Assembly: GCA_977020255.1 (NCBI GenBank)
Contig: CDROCS010001089.1
Coordinates: forward strand, 248,001 to 312,000
Origin: Obrimoposthia wandeli
Taxonomy: Eukaryota
Length of the DNA: 64,000 nucleotides
Direction of reading: 5' to 3'
How positions within the stretch are numbered: the first letter of the stretch is position 1; each line of letters opens with the position of its first letter. The notes under the pieces were generated by a model. The model was not told where the DNA came from. It saw only the letters and a program-made list of their open reading frames with translations, and ran no database searches. The position numbers and the translations under genes were made by a program. Shown here one piece after another: positions 18,322-28,699 of the stretch.

Positions 18322-20238
18322 TTATAGCGCCTCCCAATGTACCCCTGCCGCGGGCAATTCAAGCCCTTGGTATTCAACCGCGCTAGGATTATAATTAAAA
18401 ATAAAACGCTGCGTGCCACTCTCTCTTATACGTACACCTGAGGGTAGAACTTGCACCGCTACCCCCTCTTTAACGCAGAGTTCTTTAAGCACTCTTTGCA
18501 GCGCTTGCTGATTTAACCAAGCGCATAAGTACTGGCGCTTTGGATAGCCAATGTGAATGGGTGCTCCGGATACTGTTTGCTCTATAACAGGGTCGTCACC
18601 GGCGGTTGTTTCAAGCCAATTAATTACACAACCTGAAGCTTGCAGCGGCATTTCAAAACCGGCTCTTAAAGACTGCACATGCTTAACGCTATTACTTAAA
18701 CCTGGCATAATCGCCCCAGTAGTTATCGCAAAATCAACCGTTTTAGAGCCACTGCGAGGCCCTGCTAATACGCTACCATTAAAGCTTTCTAAATTTTTAG
18801 TAAGCGCTGAGTTAAAGTGCATCAGCCCGGGGATTAGTACTAGTTTATACGCGTTTAAATGGTCACTATCCGCAGCTTTTGCAGCGATAATATCAATAGA
18901 TAAACCAAGGCAGCGCAGCGCTGTGTAATAAGAGAATACTAAAGCAAAGTAATCAAAGCTGGCCCCTTGTGGCTGGGTTTCCCATGCCCAAGCTGATTCG
19001 TAATCGAACACTAAAGCCACTTTGGCAGCGCCTATACTTACCCCAGAACTTGCCTCAGGCATAGCCTTTAATTCAGCCGCCACTGCAGCGACTTCACTTA
19101 ATCCTAATGCGGCGCTGTTATCGGGGTAATAAAGCCCTGCGTGCATTTGCTCTTGTGCGAATGGTGCTTGACGCCAGCGAAAATAGCACACTGTTTGCGC
19201 GCCGTGCGCAAAAGCTTCCCAACTCCATAATCGCACCATGCCAGGTAAAGGTGCAGGATTGTATGGTGCCCAGTTAACAGGCCCTGGCTGTTGTTCCATT
19301 ACCCACCAGCCTTTGCGTCCTACGCTGCGATATAAATCATGATGAAATGCTTGAAAATCAGGATCACCCTGCTGAGAAAAGTGTAGTTTATGCGCATCAT
19401 CAGCGTCTGACCTGTCTTCCAGAAAACCTAGCGGGTAGCTGTCCCAGCTAGCAATATCGAGGTCTTTACCTACTTCGAAATGATCAAAATCAGTAATGCG
19501 GCCCATGTAATTATGGATCAATGGTACATTGGTATACTTGCGTAGCACATCCACTTGAATACGATTAAAAGCTACCACTTGTTCTGAACTAAAGCGTTTA
19601 AAATCTAGTACGTGGACAGGGTTTGGCTCCGTAACACAGAGGTTGGGTAATTCAATTTGTGCAAAGCTGTTGTACTGCATTGACCAAAATACATTACCCC
19701 AGCGCGTATTTAAAGCAGCAATTGTTTGATACTTTTGCGCCAACCAATGACGAAAGCCTTGCAGTGCAGAGTCGCTATAGGAAAGTGTTGTATCGTGGCA
19801 ACTGTATTCGTTATCAATTTGCCAAGCTTGTACATGCGGGTTATCAGCGTAACGTTGCGCCATTAATTGGCAAATGCGCGCACTTTCTTGTTGATACTGC
19901 ACATGGCTAAAGCAGTAATGGCGGCGTGAACCAAACTTGCGCGCATCCCCTTGCTGGTCAACGGCTAGCATTTGCGGATACTTATCTAGCATCCAACGAG
20001 GTGGTGTGGCGGTAGGTGTGCCCATCACCACTTTTAAACCTGCATCACCTAAGGTAGCCACCGCTTTATCTAACCACTGCCAATCTAGCTGGTAAGGTTC
20101 TGGTTCTATGCAGCTCCAGGCGAACTCTCCTATACGCACCCAAGTCAAACCAGCGTCTACCATAAGTTTGGCATCTTGAGCCCACATATCTTGTGGCCAT
20201 TGTTCAGGATAGTAACAAGTACCTAAGGTGCGCTGCAT
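18322..20238 (-). CDS. beta-galactosidase, GH42
   Basis: GTCYYPEQW, RIGEFAWS, WQIDNEY (acid/base Glu), WVMEQQPG (nucleophile Glu), RQAPFAQEQMH. Confidence 0.95.
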   Translation of the reverse strand: MQRTLGTCYYPEQWPQDMWAQDAKLMVDAGLTWVRIGEFAWSCIEPEPYQLDWQWLDKAVATLGDAGLKVVMGTPTATPPRWMLDKYPQMLAVDQQGDARKFGSRRHYCFSHVQYQQESARICQLMAQRYADNPHVQAWQIDNEYSCHDTTLSYSDSALQGFRHWLAQKYQTIAALNTRWGNVFWSMQYNSFAQIELPNLCVTEPNPVHVLDFKRFSSEQVVAFNRIQVDVLRKYTNVPLIHNYMGRITDFDHFEVGKDLDIASWDSYPLGFLEDRSDADDAHKLHFSQQGDPDFQAFHHDLYRSVGRKGWWVMEQQPGPVNWAPYNPAPLPGMVRLWSWEAFAHGAQTVCYFRWRQAPFAQEQMHAGLYYPDNSAALGLSEVAAVAAELKAMPEASSGVSIGAAKVALVFDYESAWAWETQPQGASFDYFALVFSYYTALRCLGLSIDIIAAKAADSDHLNAYKLVLIPGLMHFNSALTKNLESFNGSVLAGPRSGSKTVDFAITTGAIMPGLSNSVKHVQSLRAGFEMPLQASGCVINWLETTAGDDPVIEQTVSGAPIHIGYPKRQYLCAWLNQQALQRVLKELCVKEGVAVQVLPSGVRIRESGTQRFIFNYNPSAVEYQGLELPAAGVHWEAL

Positions 20239-20732
20239 AAGAATCCTTTATTTTGAATGTGCGAGCTAGATGAAGATCAAATAAATCTAAAGCGGTATCC
20301 GTTTATTCTTATTCCATTATTCTTCAGTTGAGAAATGTAAATCCTCTCACGCGTAGATTTGGAGTTTTCTGCCGTCGTTCAAGAGGCATTTTTCAGCGAA
20401 ATAACAGTCGCCCGCGGCGTAAAATCAAGGAGTTATAGGGAAATAAAAATTCAATCAAATACTGATATATTAATGCATTTAAAATACGCAATTATTCACA
20501 TATTGTCTAACGCTTAACTCGCAAGCTCTATAAATAACACGCTCAAAATGGCTTCATTTCAACCAAGATTGTTCGCTTTAGGATGTCAATTGCCATTATC
20601 TAAGCCTAAATCAAACACAGTGCGTGACTAGCTATCTTGATTACGCGTTGGTGGCATGCTGCTAACCGTGCTTGCTATGAAATTAGTGGTTAGATTTTAT
20701 AAAAACGCAGTTTAAACAGTAAGTAGATCAAT

Positions 20733-20759
20733 AAAAAAACCGCCATTAGGCGGTTTTTT
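20733..20759 (-). terminator. intrinsic terminator after the porin gene
   Basis: AAAAAAACCGCC-ATTA-GGCGGTTTTTT. Confidence 0.8.
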
Positions 20760-20826
20760 ATCTTAATCGATAACATGCAATTTCGACATTACTAGGCTAA
20801 AACTCTCAGCCTAGTAAATTAAGATC

Positions 20827-22062
20827 TTACAAAGGTATATTATAATCAAGAATCAAACGGTTTTCGTCAAGATCTGTTGTTTCAGTTGAGCGCACGCTGG
20901 CATTACGTAAGCGCACAGAAAGCCCTTTTACGTTTGCAAAAGCATACTTAACTTCTATATCGCGCTCCCACTCTTTTCCTTCTTTTCCGTCGCTGCGCTT
21001 AATATTATCGCCACGTATGTAGCGCGTCATCAACGACAATCCTTTTACAGCTGTGACATCATAATCAACTCTGGCTTGGATTGAACGCTCCTCTGCGCGA
21101 TCAAAATCCAATACCTGTACTGAGTTACTTGAGTACAAACCTGTGTCATCGTTACCAAAGTTATCCCAAGACTCCTGATACTCATCACCGTTGACAGCTT
21201 GGTAAGCTAGCGAAAGTTTCTTATTATCGCGAACCCACTGCGCGCTTACACTGTACAAATTACTGCTATAGTCAGCACCAACGCCCCCTTGAGCGCCATC
21301 ACCATCGGCTTCACCATGATAATAAGTACTGGTTAGGTTTAATTGATCACGCGGCGATAAAGTAATAGGATAGCTGGCACTTGTGTATGTTTGACTAAGG
21401 ACATTATCTGCTTCACCGTAAGCTAAGCTTAGATTTAAACCTGAATCAAAGCCATAGCTGCCACCGACTATACCTACTGAGTACTCATCCCCTGTAGAAT
21501 CTGTATATTTCTCAAATTGTTCGTCAGTTTTAGCAGAGCCCCTATCGGTCCAGATAGCGTATAAGTCCAAGTTTTGATACTTGGTGAAGGCATAAATGCC
21601 TTGGGTAGAGCTGGGCGTGGTACGTGAATCAGAATCATCTAACAATGGGGTGTTGATGGTCATACGACCAACCTTTAGCCCAGAGTTCTCTCCCAATTTA
21701 ACTTTCACGTAAGCCTGGCCGAACTTAGCGTAACCTTTTTGCTCTCCACTACTTGTAGTACGTAAGGTGCCTGTTCCACCTTCGTTGTCTTTAGCACTCA
21801 GTGCACCTACAGCAAAAATGGATGCGTCAAAGCCAATGATATTATTGAAGTACCCTGATTGAAAATCTAAGCGAAGACCTTGGGAAAGCGCAATAGAATC
21901 AGCTGACCCACTAGGTATACGATCACGATTAAAATAAAAGGTACGTAAATTTAAATCTAATTTACTACCCGCGATAAAGCCAGCATTCTCTTGAGCTACT
22001 CCCATTTGTGAGTAGCTAGTTGCTAGAATTGCAGTAACAAGTAATGTGCGTTTGATTAACAT
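20827..22062 (-). CDS. OprD/Occ family outer-membrane porin
   Basis: Signal peptide, LNLRTFYFNRD, FQSGYF, EWERDIEVKY and C-terminal ENRLILDYNIPL. Alternative start at 22074. Confidence 0.9.
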   Translation of the reverse strand: MLIKRTLLVTAILATSYSQMGVAQENAGFIAGSKLDLNLRTFYFNRDRIPSGSADSIALSQGLRLDFQSGYFNNIIGFDASIFAVGALSAKDNEGGTGTLRTTSSGEQKGYAKFGQAYVKVKLGENSGLKVGRMTINTPLLDDSDSRTTPSSTQGIYAFTKYQNLDLYAIWTDRGSAKTDEQFEKYTDSTGDEYSVGIVGGSYGFDSGLNLSLAYGEADNVLSQTYTSASYPITLSPRDQLNLTSTYYHGEADGDGAQGGVGADYSSNLYSVSAQWVRDNKKLSLAYQAVNGDEYQESWDNFGNDDTGLYSSNSVQVLDFDRAEERSIQARVDYDVTAVKGLSLMTRYIRGDNIKRSDGKEGKEWERDIEVKYAFANVKGLSVRLRNASVRSTETTDLDENRLILDYNIPL

Positions 22063-22402
22063 ATCAAACTCCATAAGTGATTAGCAGTTAATTTATTAAC
22101 TACCAACGTTAAAGTGAACCTTGTCCCTAAAAAGCTTGTAATACCACACCGTGATATTCAAAGAAGCACTAGGAGAAAATTAAATTAATCTTGGACGTTA
22201 TCTATTTTATTTGTCTATAAGACTACATAACTAAATGGTTGTTCAGTATTTTTAAATAAGAGTTGAACTTTTTAACTAAAATAGTGCGAAAGACCGTAGA
22301 ATGGGAATATAGCGCAATACGATGAAAATAAAAGCAGTCGTGTTACCCTATTTTTTATAGGGATTATTTGCAGCATTATGTGAAACATAATTTCATCGAG
22401 AA

Positions 22403-23539
22403 CTAAGAATTGAAGGCAACCTGAACCTGATTACAACCATTTTCCTTCGCTTTATAAAGCGCCGTATCAGCTGCCCGTAGTAACTCATCTACATTGTGAT
22501 AGGTATTTTTATCCAATACGGCAACGCCAGCACTGATAGTAACGAAGTGGAAAGGAGATTGTTCGTGCGCAATTTTAAGCGCCAAGATGGAAGTACACAG
22601 TGTTTCAGCCACATGCTGTGCTACGGCTACCTCAGTATCAGGTAAAATTAGCAAGAACTCCTCCCCACCATAGCGAACCGCCAGATCTTCGGCACGGTGC
22701 GCATTTTGCTTTATAGCACCAGCAACATCTTTCAGACATTTGTCCCCTGCCTGATGACCATACTGGTCATTATATTTTTTGAAAAGATCAAGATCTAACA
22801 TAACCAACGCCAATGGTCTGTCATGGCGGTATGCGCGCGACCATTCATTACCTAGAGTAACGTCCATGCTACGTCGATTGGCTAGCGTGGTTAATCTATC
22901 TGTATTTGATTCTTCTTTTAGCTTTAACTGGGCTTCTTCAGTAAAACTAAGTAAAGAAAACACGCCGCTCACCACACTAAAAGCGGGCCATATTACCTGT
23001 GATGACACAGCCGTTCTGCTAAATACCTCAGGGGCTAACTCTAATAACAATGAACGAGCAACAACGATTATTGCCATGAAAAAGCATGCGTAAGATAAAA
23101 TCACATCAGATGGGTTTCTATTTTTTTTGATATTCATAAATAGATAGCCAATAATGATAAATGCTAGAGGCACAAATAAAGCACTAACATGCAAAGCATT
23201 AGTGAATTCGCCTTGATATGTAAAATAACCAAGAAAAAAGCAATTGATCAAAAAAATTACCGATAACGGTATTAACGGTAAATCCAATTCACATCGCTTG
23301 AAGCTAAAAACAACCATGCCCCAAATGAATGCTGCGGAAAGGATCACCGAGACAATTTTTAAAGGCACATTTATATCAAATACGTATAAAAACCAACTAA
23401 TGAAATTTACAAAGAAAGCAATGATAAAAAACTTAATAGATTGCTGTTTTCCTTCAGGGTCACTAACTCTTGTACCGGAGAACGCTAAAACTAAATTGAT
23501 TAATGCCACTGTTAAAAAGTAAGCTTGTGCTGTCGTCAT
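22403..23539 (-). CDS. membrane-bound diguanylate cyclase
   Basis: Multi-TM N-terminus; DRLTTLANRR, RAED I-site, YGGEEF, LYKAKENG. Confidence 0.92.
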   Translation of the reverse strand: MTTAQAYFLTVALINLVLAFSGTRVSDPEGKQQSIKFFIIAFFVNFISWFLYVFDINVPLKIVSVILSAAFIWGMVVFSFKRCELDLPLIPLSVIFLINCFFLGYFTYQGEFTNALHVSALFVPLAFIIIGYLFMNIKKNRNPSDVILSYACFFMAIIVVARSLLLELAPEVFSRTAVSSQVIWPAFSVVSGVFSLLSFTEEAQLKLKEESNTDRLTTLANRRSMDVTLGNEWSRAYRHDRPLALVMLDLDLFKKYNDQYGHQAGDKCLKDVAGAIKQNAHRAEDLAVRYGGEEFLLILPDTEVAVAQHVAETLCTSILALKIAHEQSPFHFVTISAGVAVLDKNTYHNVDELLRAADTALYKAKENGCNQVQVAFNS

Positions 23540-24198
23540 TACTACTTTCTCTCAAAAAATACAGTTGTAAAAGACACTTACTAAAGTATAAAGCAGCCAA
23601 CTATTACTGGCTTCTTATATAGCAGCTCACATGGAGGATATTTTACCTTGAATGCACTGCACTTCCCAAACTTTCCTAGATAATAATTATCATCGATCAA
23701 TACCAACCGCCACATATCACAAGAGCTAATCAAGCATTGTGGCCGCACTGTAGCTTCTACGGGAGATCAAAAACTAACTCTACAGCCCAATGGGTACAGT
23801 AGTGCTCTCCATTGAAGAATAAATAGCTACAAAAGTGAGTTAAAGAACAAGCGCTGTATTTGGGGTTAATTGAAAGCATCAGCAACATTTTTTTAATATA
23901 TTAGTCTTTTACTAATAAATCAAACAGCCCACCTGCAAAGGCCTCGATTATCAGAGTGGGAGTTTAGGCTGCGTTGAAAATAGCAATAAAATGGATAAAT
24001 TAATTTTCACGTAACTTTTTTCTTTGTATATCTATTATTTTGCTTTCGTAATTTCCACATATTTTAAAAAATATACTCTTTTCAAAAAACCAAACAATGA
24101 AACAAGTGATCATTAGATTCAGCTAAGTGATGTACTTTTTGGCAACATCGGCTAAGTCATAAAATAGCGCTAGTTATGTTGCATTTCTTATGCCTAAT

Positions 24199-25134
24199 TC
24201 AGGCATTACTACCTACGGTATTTAAGTGAGAAAAATGTAATTCATTGCCACTATTACTGTGCCAATTAATAACGGGCCCCTTGGGTACTAGTTGAGAGGG
24301 ATTTATTTCAGGCTGGCCAATAAAATAGGTCGTTTTAATAAAATCTACATGAAAAGTGGAGCTGATCGCTTTGCAGCTCATTAAATAGGATAAGTATTTA
24401 TAGATATTTTCAAAGTGACTCAGCGGTTGTTCGTTCAATTTAAAATGAGTTGCGTAGACCAATTCAAGTTGAACTAATGTTGGAATAATCAATAAGTCAC
24501 TCAGGGTTATAGCCAAGCCGTTATAAAATTGATGCTGGGCTAACTTTTTGTCTAAGGTTTTTAAGTTTTCAAAGAACTGTGACGTTGCTTCTTCATACTG
24601 ACTTTGATCGTTGGTAAATCCTGCCTTAAAGGGCAACGTATTAATGTGCGTGTTAATCCATTGGCATTGCTCTTCAATTTTATCTTTATGTTGCTCTGGT
24701 ATTAAGTCTAATCTAGAGCGTGATAACTTTTGGCTAGCTAACCATTTACTTATTGCTAAAGAGTCATTACTGACAATGGTGTTAAGCTTTTTATCCCACA
24801 ACACAGGTACAGAGATCCGACCAGAATAATCCAGCTTTGCATCCTGATAAACTTGATATAAATAGTTTCGAGGTTTTAGTGGGTCAACATATGCTTCGCT
24901 AAACTCCCAGGCACCACCACTTTTAAGTGGCGCAACACTAGACACTGACACGTACTCTTCTAGCCCTAGTAGATAAACCACCAGCATGGTCCGATGAGCA
25001 AACGGGCACCCGTAAGAAACATATAAGTGAAATCGATCTTTTTCTAATACACAAAAAGCATTAAATGTGTCAACTTGTTGCAGATCAGATAGATCACCAG
25101 ATGCATCCCATTTTCCTTGCTTCATGTAAGCCAT
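24199..25134 (-). CDS. omega-class GST / glutathionyl-hydroquinone reductase-like
   Basis: RFHLYVSYGCPFAHR, GRISVPVLWDKK, IVSNDS, INPSQLVPKGP. Confidence 0.88.
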   Translation of the reverse strand: MAYMKQGKWDASGDLSDLQQVDTFNAFCVLEKDRFHLYVSYGCPFAHRTMLVVYLLGLEEYVSVSSVAPLKSGGAWEFSEAYVDPLKPRNYLYQVYQDAKLDYSGRISVPVLWDKKLNTIVSNDSLAISKWLASQKLSRSRLDLIPEQHKDKIEEQCQWINTHINTLPFKAGFTNDQSQYEEATSQFFENLKTLDKKLAQHQFYNGLAITLSDLLIIPTLVQLELVYATHFKLNEQPLSHFENIYKYLSYLMSCKAISSTFHVDFIKTTYFIGQPEINPSQLVPKGPVINWHSNSGNELHFSHLNTVGSNA

Positions 25135-25145
25135 TCTAAATATTC

Positions 25146-25685
25146 CTATAATTGATCTTCAAATAATCTAATCGCATGCGTTATTTCTTCCTCAGCATCA
25201 GGGCATAACTTTGTATCAATCATTTTTTCGTAATAACTGCCGAGACTATAGCTGCCCTTTACATTACCACCCCACCAAGGCATTAGTTCTGCCATCGCTT
25301 TTAAGTTTGTAGCTCCACCCGTCAACCCAGGAGAGGTACTCATCAGTAAAACGGGTTTTGTTTCATCACCAAAAAAGGGGCTTTTCGCGGGAACTATACG
25401 TGACAACCAATCGATGGCATTTTTTAAATAGGCAGGCATTGAACCGTTATGTTCTGGTGTTGCGATAATAATGGCATCGTATTTAACTAGTTCTTCTTTG
25501 AGTTGGTATACTTCTTTTGGTATGCCATTCGCTTCAATATCTAAACTATATATGGGTAGCGGATAGTCGCCCAGATTGATCATTGTGACCTCATGATTGA
25601 CCACCTTTTCCACGGCTACATTCAGTAGTTGCTGATTAATGGAATGACGATGATTACTACCGGTAAATGCGATGATTTTTTTCAT
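25146..25685 (-). CDS. NAD(P)H-dependent FMN reductase
   Basis: AFTGSN, IATPEHNGSMPAYLKNAIDWLSR, STSPG motifs. Confidence 0.92.
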   Translation of the reverse strand: MKKIIAFTGSNHRHSINQQLLNVAVEKVVNHEVTMINLGDYPLPIYSLDIEANGIPKEVYQLKEELVKYDAIIIATPEHNGSMPAYLKNAIDWLSRIVPAKSPFFGDETKPVLLMSTSPGLTGGATNLKAMAELMPWWGGNVKGSYSLGSYYEKMIDTKLCPDAEEEITHAIRLFEDQL

Positions 25686-25702
25686 TTTTCACTCTCTGAA
25701 TA

Positions 25703-26188
25703 TTAGTTAGTAAGATCGTAATCTTCGTTTGTTAAGTACTCATAACTGGCAATAATTACCTTTTTTAATACCTCCATTTCATCTTTGTCTTGGGGGGCAT
25801 AGACTAAAACCTCATTAACACCGTACTTTTTGTAGGGGTGAGGCTCTCCCCACTTCGCGTCAAATATCGCGTCTATATCCCTTGCGGCTAGGCAAACATG
25901 AATGCTGCCATCTTTATGTAAATGCGCAAATTCACGACTTTGAGGCGGTGGTGGCATAAAGCCATCGCTGGGGGTGTTTTTAATTCCCTCATCTAGCCAC
26001 ATTGCGCGACTTGAGGGCACTGAAATCAACGTTTCGTGCTCCCTTGATTTAGGAAACGCATTAAACATCCAATCAGCAAGAGAATGATATATTTCTCGTG
26101 GACTATGTAGATCGTACTGCAAATGTGGAGGGACCGGATTCGTTCTTGGTTTTACTCCAACTCTTTTAGGCAATGTTAATGTTCGCAT
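25703..26188 (-). CDS. luciferase-like domain protein (DUF5519-type)
   Basis: REFAHLHKDGSIHVCL, WGEPHP, LVYAPQDKDE motifs. Confidence 0.75.
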   Translation of the reverse strand: MRTLTLPKRVGVKPRTNPVPPHLQYDLHSPREIYHSLADWMFNAFPKSREHETLISVPSSRAMWLDEGIKNTPSDGFMPPPPQSREFAHLHKDGSIHVCLAARDIDAIFDAKWGEPHPYKKYGVNEVLVYAPQDKDEMEVLKKVIIASYEYLTNEDYDLTN

Positions 26189-26255
26189 GGTTTACTCCAA
26201 CTAATGATTAGGCTGAGGCGAGTATAGGCAACTTGACTTTATTTCTGAATACCGC

Positions 26256-26274
26256 AAAATAAGAAAATATATTT
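26256..26274. promoter_or_regulatory. LysR operator copy 1
   Basis: AAAATAAGAAAATATATTT is the exact reverse complement of 27314-27332. Confidence 0.7.
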
Positions 26275-26291
26275 TCTAAAATGAGAAATTA

Positions 26292-27188
26292 ATGAACAAA
26301 CTTAAGGCGATGACTATTTTCAATGCGGTTGTTGAAGAAGGCTCGATGTCAGGAGCCGCCAGAAAGCTAGGCATTGCTAATTCTGTCGTTTCCAAGAATG
26401 TGAATGAATTAGAGAAATGGCTAGGCAGAAAGCTGATTTATCGCTCTACCAGAAGCTTAAAGCTAAGTATGGAAGGGCAATCTTATTATGAAAGAATTAA
26501 AGATATTGTGGCCGCTGTTGAGTCACTCGAACAACCCAACAGTGTAAACCATCTAGAACTTATCGGTGCAGTAAAAATAACAGCCCCGGTTATTCTAGGC
26601 AAAAGGCTTTGCGAGCATGTACTCCCAAAATTTCACCTTGAGTTTCCTAGTATCCATTTAAACATCGTCCTTTCAGATGATTTCAATAACATGGTAGACG
26701 AAGGGATCGATGTTGCTCTGCGAATCAGCAATCTTCCAGATTCAAACTTTATTGCCAAGAAAATAGGCAAGCAGTCAATAAAGTTGGTTACCAGCTTTGG
26801 CTATGTTGAAAAATTTGGTGCTCCATTAAATCCTGAAAGCTTAAATGGGCACATATGCATCGTCGATAATTCGGTTGCTAACGCCAAGAGATGGGGATTC
26901 ACCAACGCTGAAGGCGGGATAAGCAGTGTTCATATAGGCGGCCCTTTGGAAGTGAACGATGCAGAGTGCGTCGTTAAGTTATGCGAGGCGGGAGTCGGTT
27001 TAGCTCAATTACCCGAGATTTTTGTCAACGATGCTATTCGTCAAGGACGATTGATTGAATTACTACCTGAAAAGAAAATTGAATTTGATATTTCAATTTT
27101 ATATCACCAGAAAAGTACCGGTAGCCCAATCATCAAATCGGTTATAGAGTTTTTAGTCAATAATATTGACGAATCATGTTTTCTTTAA
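26292..27188 (+). CDS. LysR family regulator (CrgA/DmlR-like)
   Basis: GSMSGAARKLGIANSVVSKNVNELE HTH; EGIDVALRI. Confidence 0.95.
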   Translation: MNKLKAMTIFNAVVEEGSMSGAARKLGIANSVVSKNVNELEKWLGRKLIYRSTRSLKLSMEGQSYYERIKDIVAAVESLEQPNSVNHLELIGAVKITAPVILGKRLCEHVLPKFHLEFPSIHLNIVLSDDFNNMVDEGIDVALRISNLPDSNFIAKKIGKQSIKLVTSFGYVEKFGAPLNPESLNGHICIVDNSVANAKRWGFTNAEGGISSVHIGGPLEVNDAECVVKLCEAGVGLAQLPEIFVNDAIRQGRLIELLPEKKIEFDISILYHQKSTGSPIIKSVIEFLVNNIDESCFL

Positions 27189-27313
27189 ATCTCCTTTTGT
27201 AGCATTTAGAGATCAGAAAAAAATTTCTATCATCGACCCATTTCGCCACCCGTATCAGGTTGCAGTTGGTGTCATCAAACAATATTAATTCAAGGTATAT
27301 TTCTTAAATTGAG

Positions 27314-27332
27314 AAATATATTTTCTTATTTT
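27314..27332. promoter_or_regulatory. LysR operator copy 2
   Basis: AAATATATTTTCTTATTTT upstream of the SnoaL-like gene; identical to the reverse complement of 26256-26274. Confidence 0.7.
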
Positions 27333-27436
27333 CCTCAGTATAGAAAATATTATTTCTACTTTACACTCATCGCCAGGTTGAAAAACATGTTGTGTAAACA
27401 CATTCATTTCAACCTACACAATTTCTAAACTCGGAG

Positions 27437-28015
27437 ATGAAGATGAAATCTATGAAATCACTATTGATAACAACGACTGTAGCATTGAGCCTTTTGGCTG
27501 GAACCGCTTGGGCTGAATCATCAGTCATTGAATTGAAGGCTAAAATAGTACAGCTAGAAGCTCAAATCGCTGCACATAAAGCAGAACGTATACAAACCAA
27601 ACACCATCTAGATATATTTGATGAATTAGATCTGGTCGCATTCAATGATCGCGATATGGAACGCATTGGCGAAATACATGCCGATAATGTAATTGTGCAT
27701 AACCCTGACGGAACAAAAACATCACCTTTTAAACCTCATTCTGAAGAATTAGATTTTTTATTTGATACCTTTGATTTTAAAGTTACGGATCACATTGTTG
27801 GCTTTGGATTTGGCGAGTGGACTGCGGGTATTAGCATCTCAGAAGGTCGTTGGGTAAAACCTCTTCCCTTAAAAGACGGTAAGGTATTGAAGCCCACTAA
27901 CAAAAAAGTTCGCTTGAAAATTGCCACCATTGCGCGCTGGGAAAATAATCGTATTGCTGAAGAGTTCTTATTCTGGGATAACGCGGATTGGAACCGTCAA
28001 ATAGGCTTAAAGTAG
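27437..28015 (+). CDS. exported SnoaL-like (ester cyclase / NTF2 fold) protein
   Basis: Signal peptide (AWA-ES); FDELDLVAFN, HADNVIVHNPDG, TIARWENNRIAEEFLFWDN; RBS GGAG. Confidence 0.8.
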   Translation: MKMKSMKSLLITTTVALSLLAGTAWAESSVIELKAKIVQLEAQIAAHKAERIQTKHHLDIFDELDLVAFNDRDMERIGEIHADNVIVHNPDGTKTSPFKPHSEELDFLFDTFDFKVTDHIVGFGFGEWTAGISISEGRWVKPLPLKDGKVLKPTNKKVRLKIATIARWENNRIAEEFLFWDNADWNRQIGLK

Positions 28016-28183
28016 CTTCATTTAAAAACGTCATTAGCGCTTATCCAGAACTATCATTTTTCACGAAGATATAATTGTTCACTAATATTCGGGCTATATA
28101 TTTTCGTGAATTTTATTGGAAAAAACACCTAATGACATGAGAATTTAATTGTCTTATTTTAGCTAAGCCATGCTGAATTGAAG

Positions 28184-28494
28184 CTATAAGTGCAACAGGT
28201 CTTTGTTTACTTCAATAACCACTTTGCCTGCTGCTCTATGTGTTCTTACATAGTTAATTGCTTCATGAATTTCCTGTTCGTTAAAACCAACGGCTTTATC
28301 ACTGACATATAGCCAAGTAGTTTATTATTTGACGCCACAACAAAAATGGTTACGGGCAGCGATTCTAAGCTAGTTAACTGTTTATGTTGCTCACAGTACT
28401 CTAGTTTATGACCTTCAAATAGAGCATGTTCCTTCATCAAAGATAGTAAAGATTCATTATCCTTATTTTCTGCAACGCGAATACAATACTTCAT
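28184..28494 (-). pseudogene. chimeric remnant: GNAT N-terminus joined to an MDR/quinone-oxidoreductase-like C-terminus
   Basis: MKYCIRVAENKD...LLGYMSV (GNAT-like), then in another frame EIHEAINYVRTHRAAGKVVIEV (MDR-type C-terminal motif). Confidence 0.55.
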
Positions 28495-28699
28495 CTTTAT
28501 CCCTATATAGCGACTTAAACAATGCACGAAAGAATACACTTGTCACTTTTAATACCTAGAGCTTGTGTCGCATCATCGAAAGGTGCGTACCTGCTGAACC
28601 TTGAAAGGCTCTTAAGATATTGTTCACACTCAACCAAGCCAGAAAAAGTAAATCACGGCAACCATTTTCATTTATTATGATTACCTTTGCACTTGGACA

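Noticed and set aside
23959-23975. AGGCTGCGTTGAAAA, and similar AGGCTGTGTTCGACA near 29229, as possible IS ends
   Set aside because: No partner inverted repeat or target duplication found.
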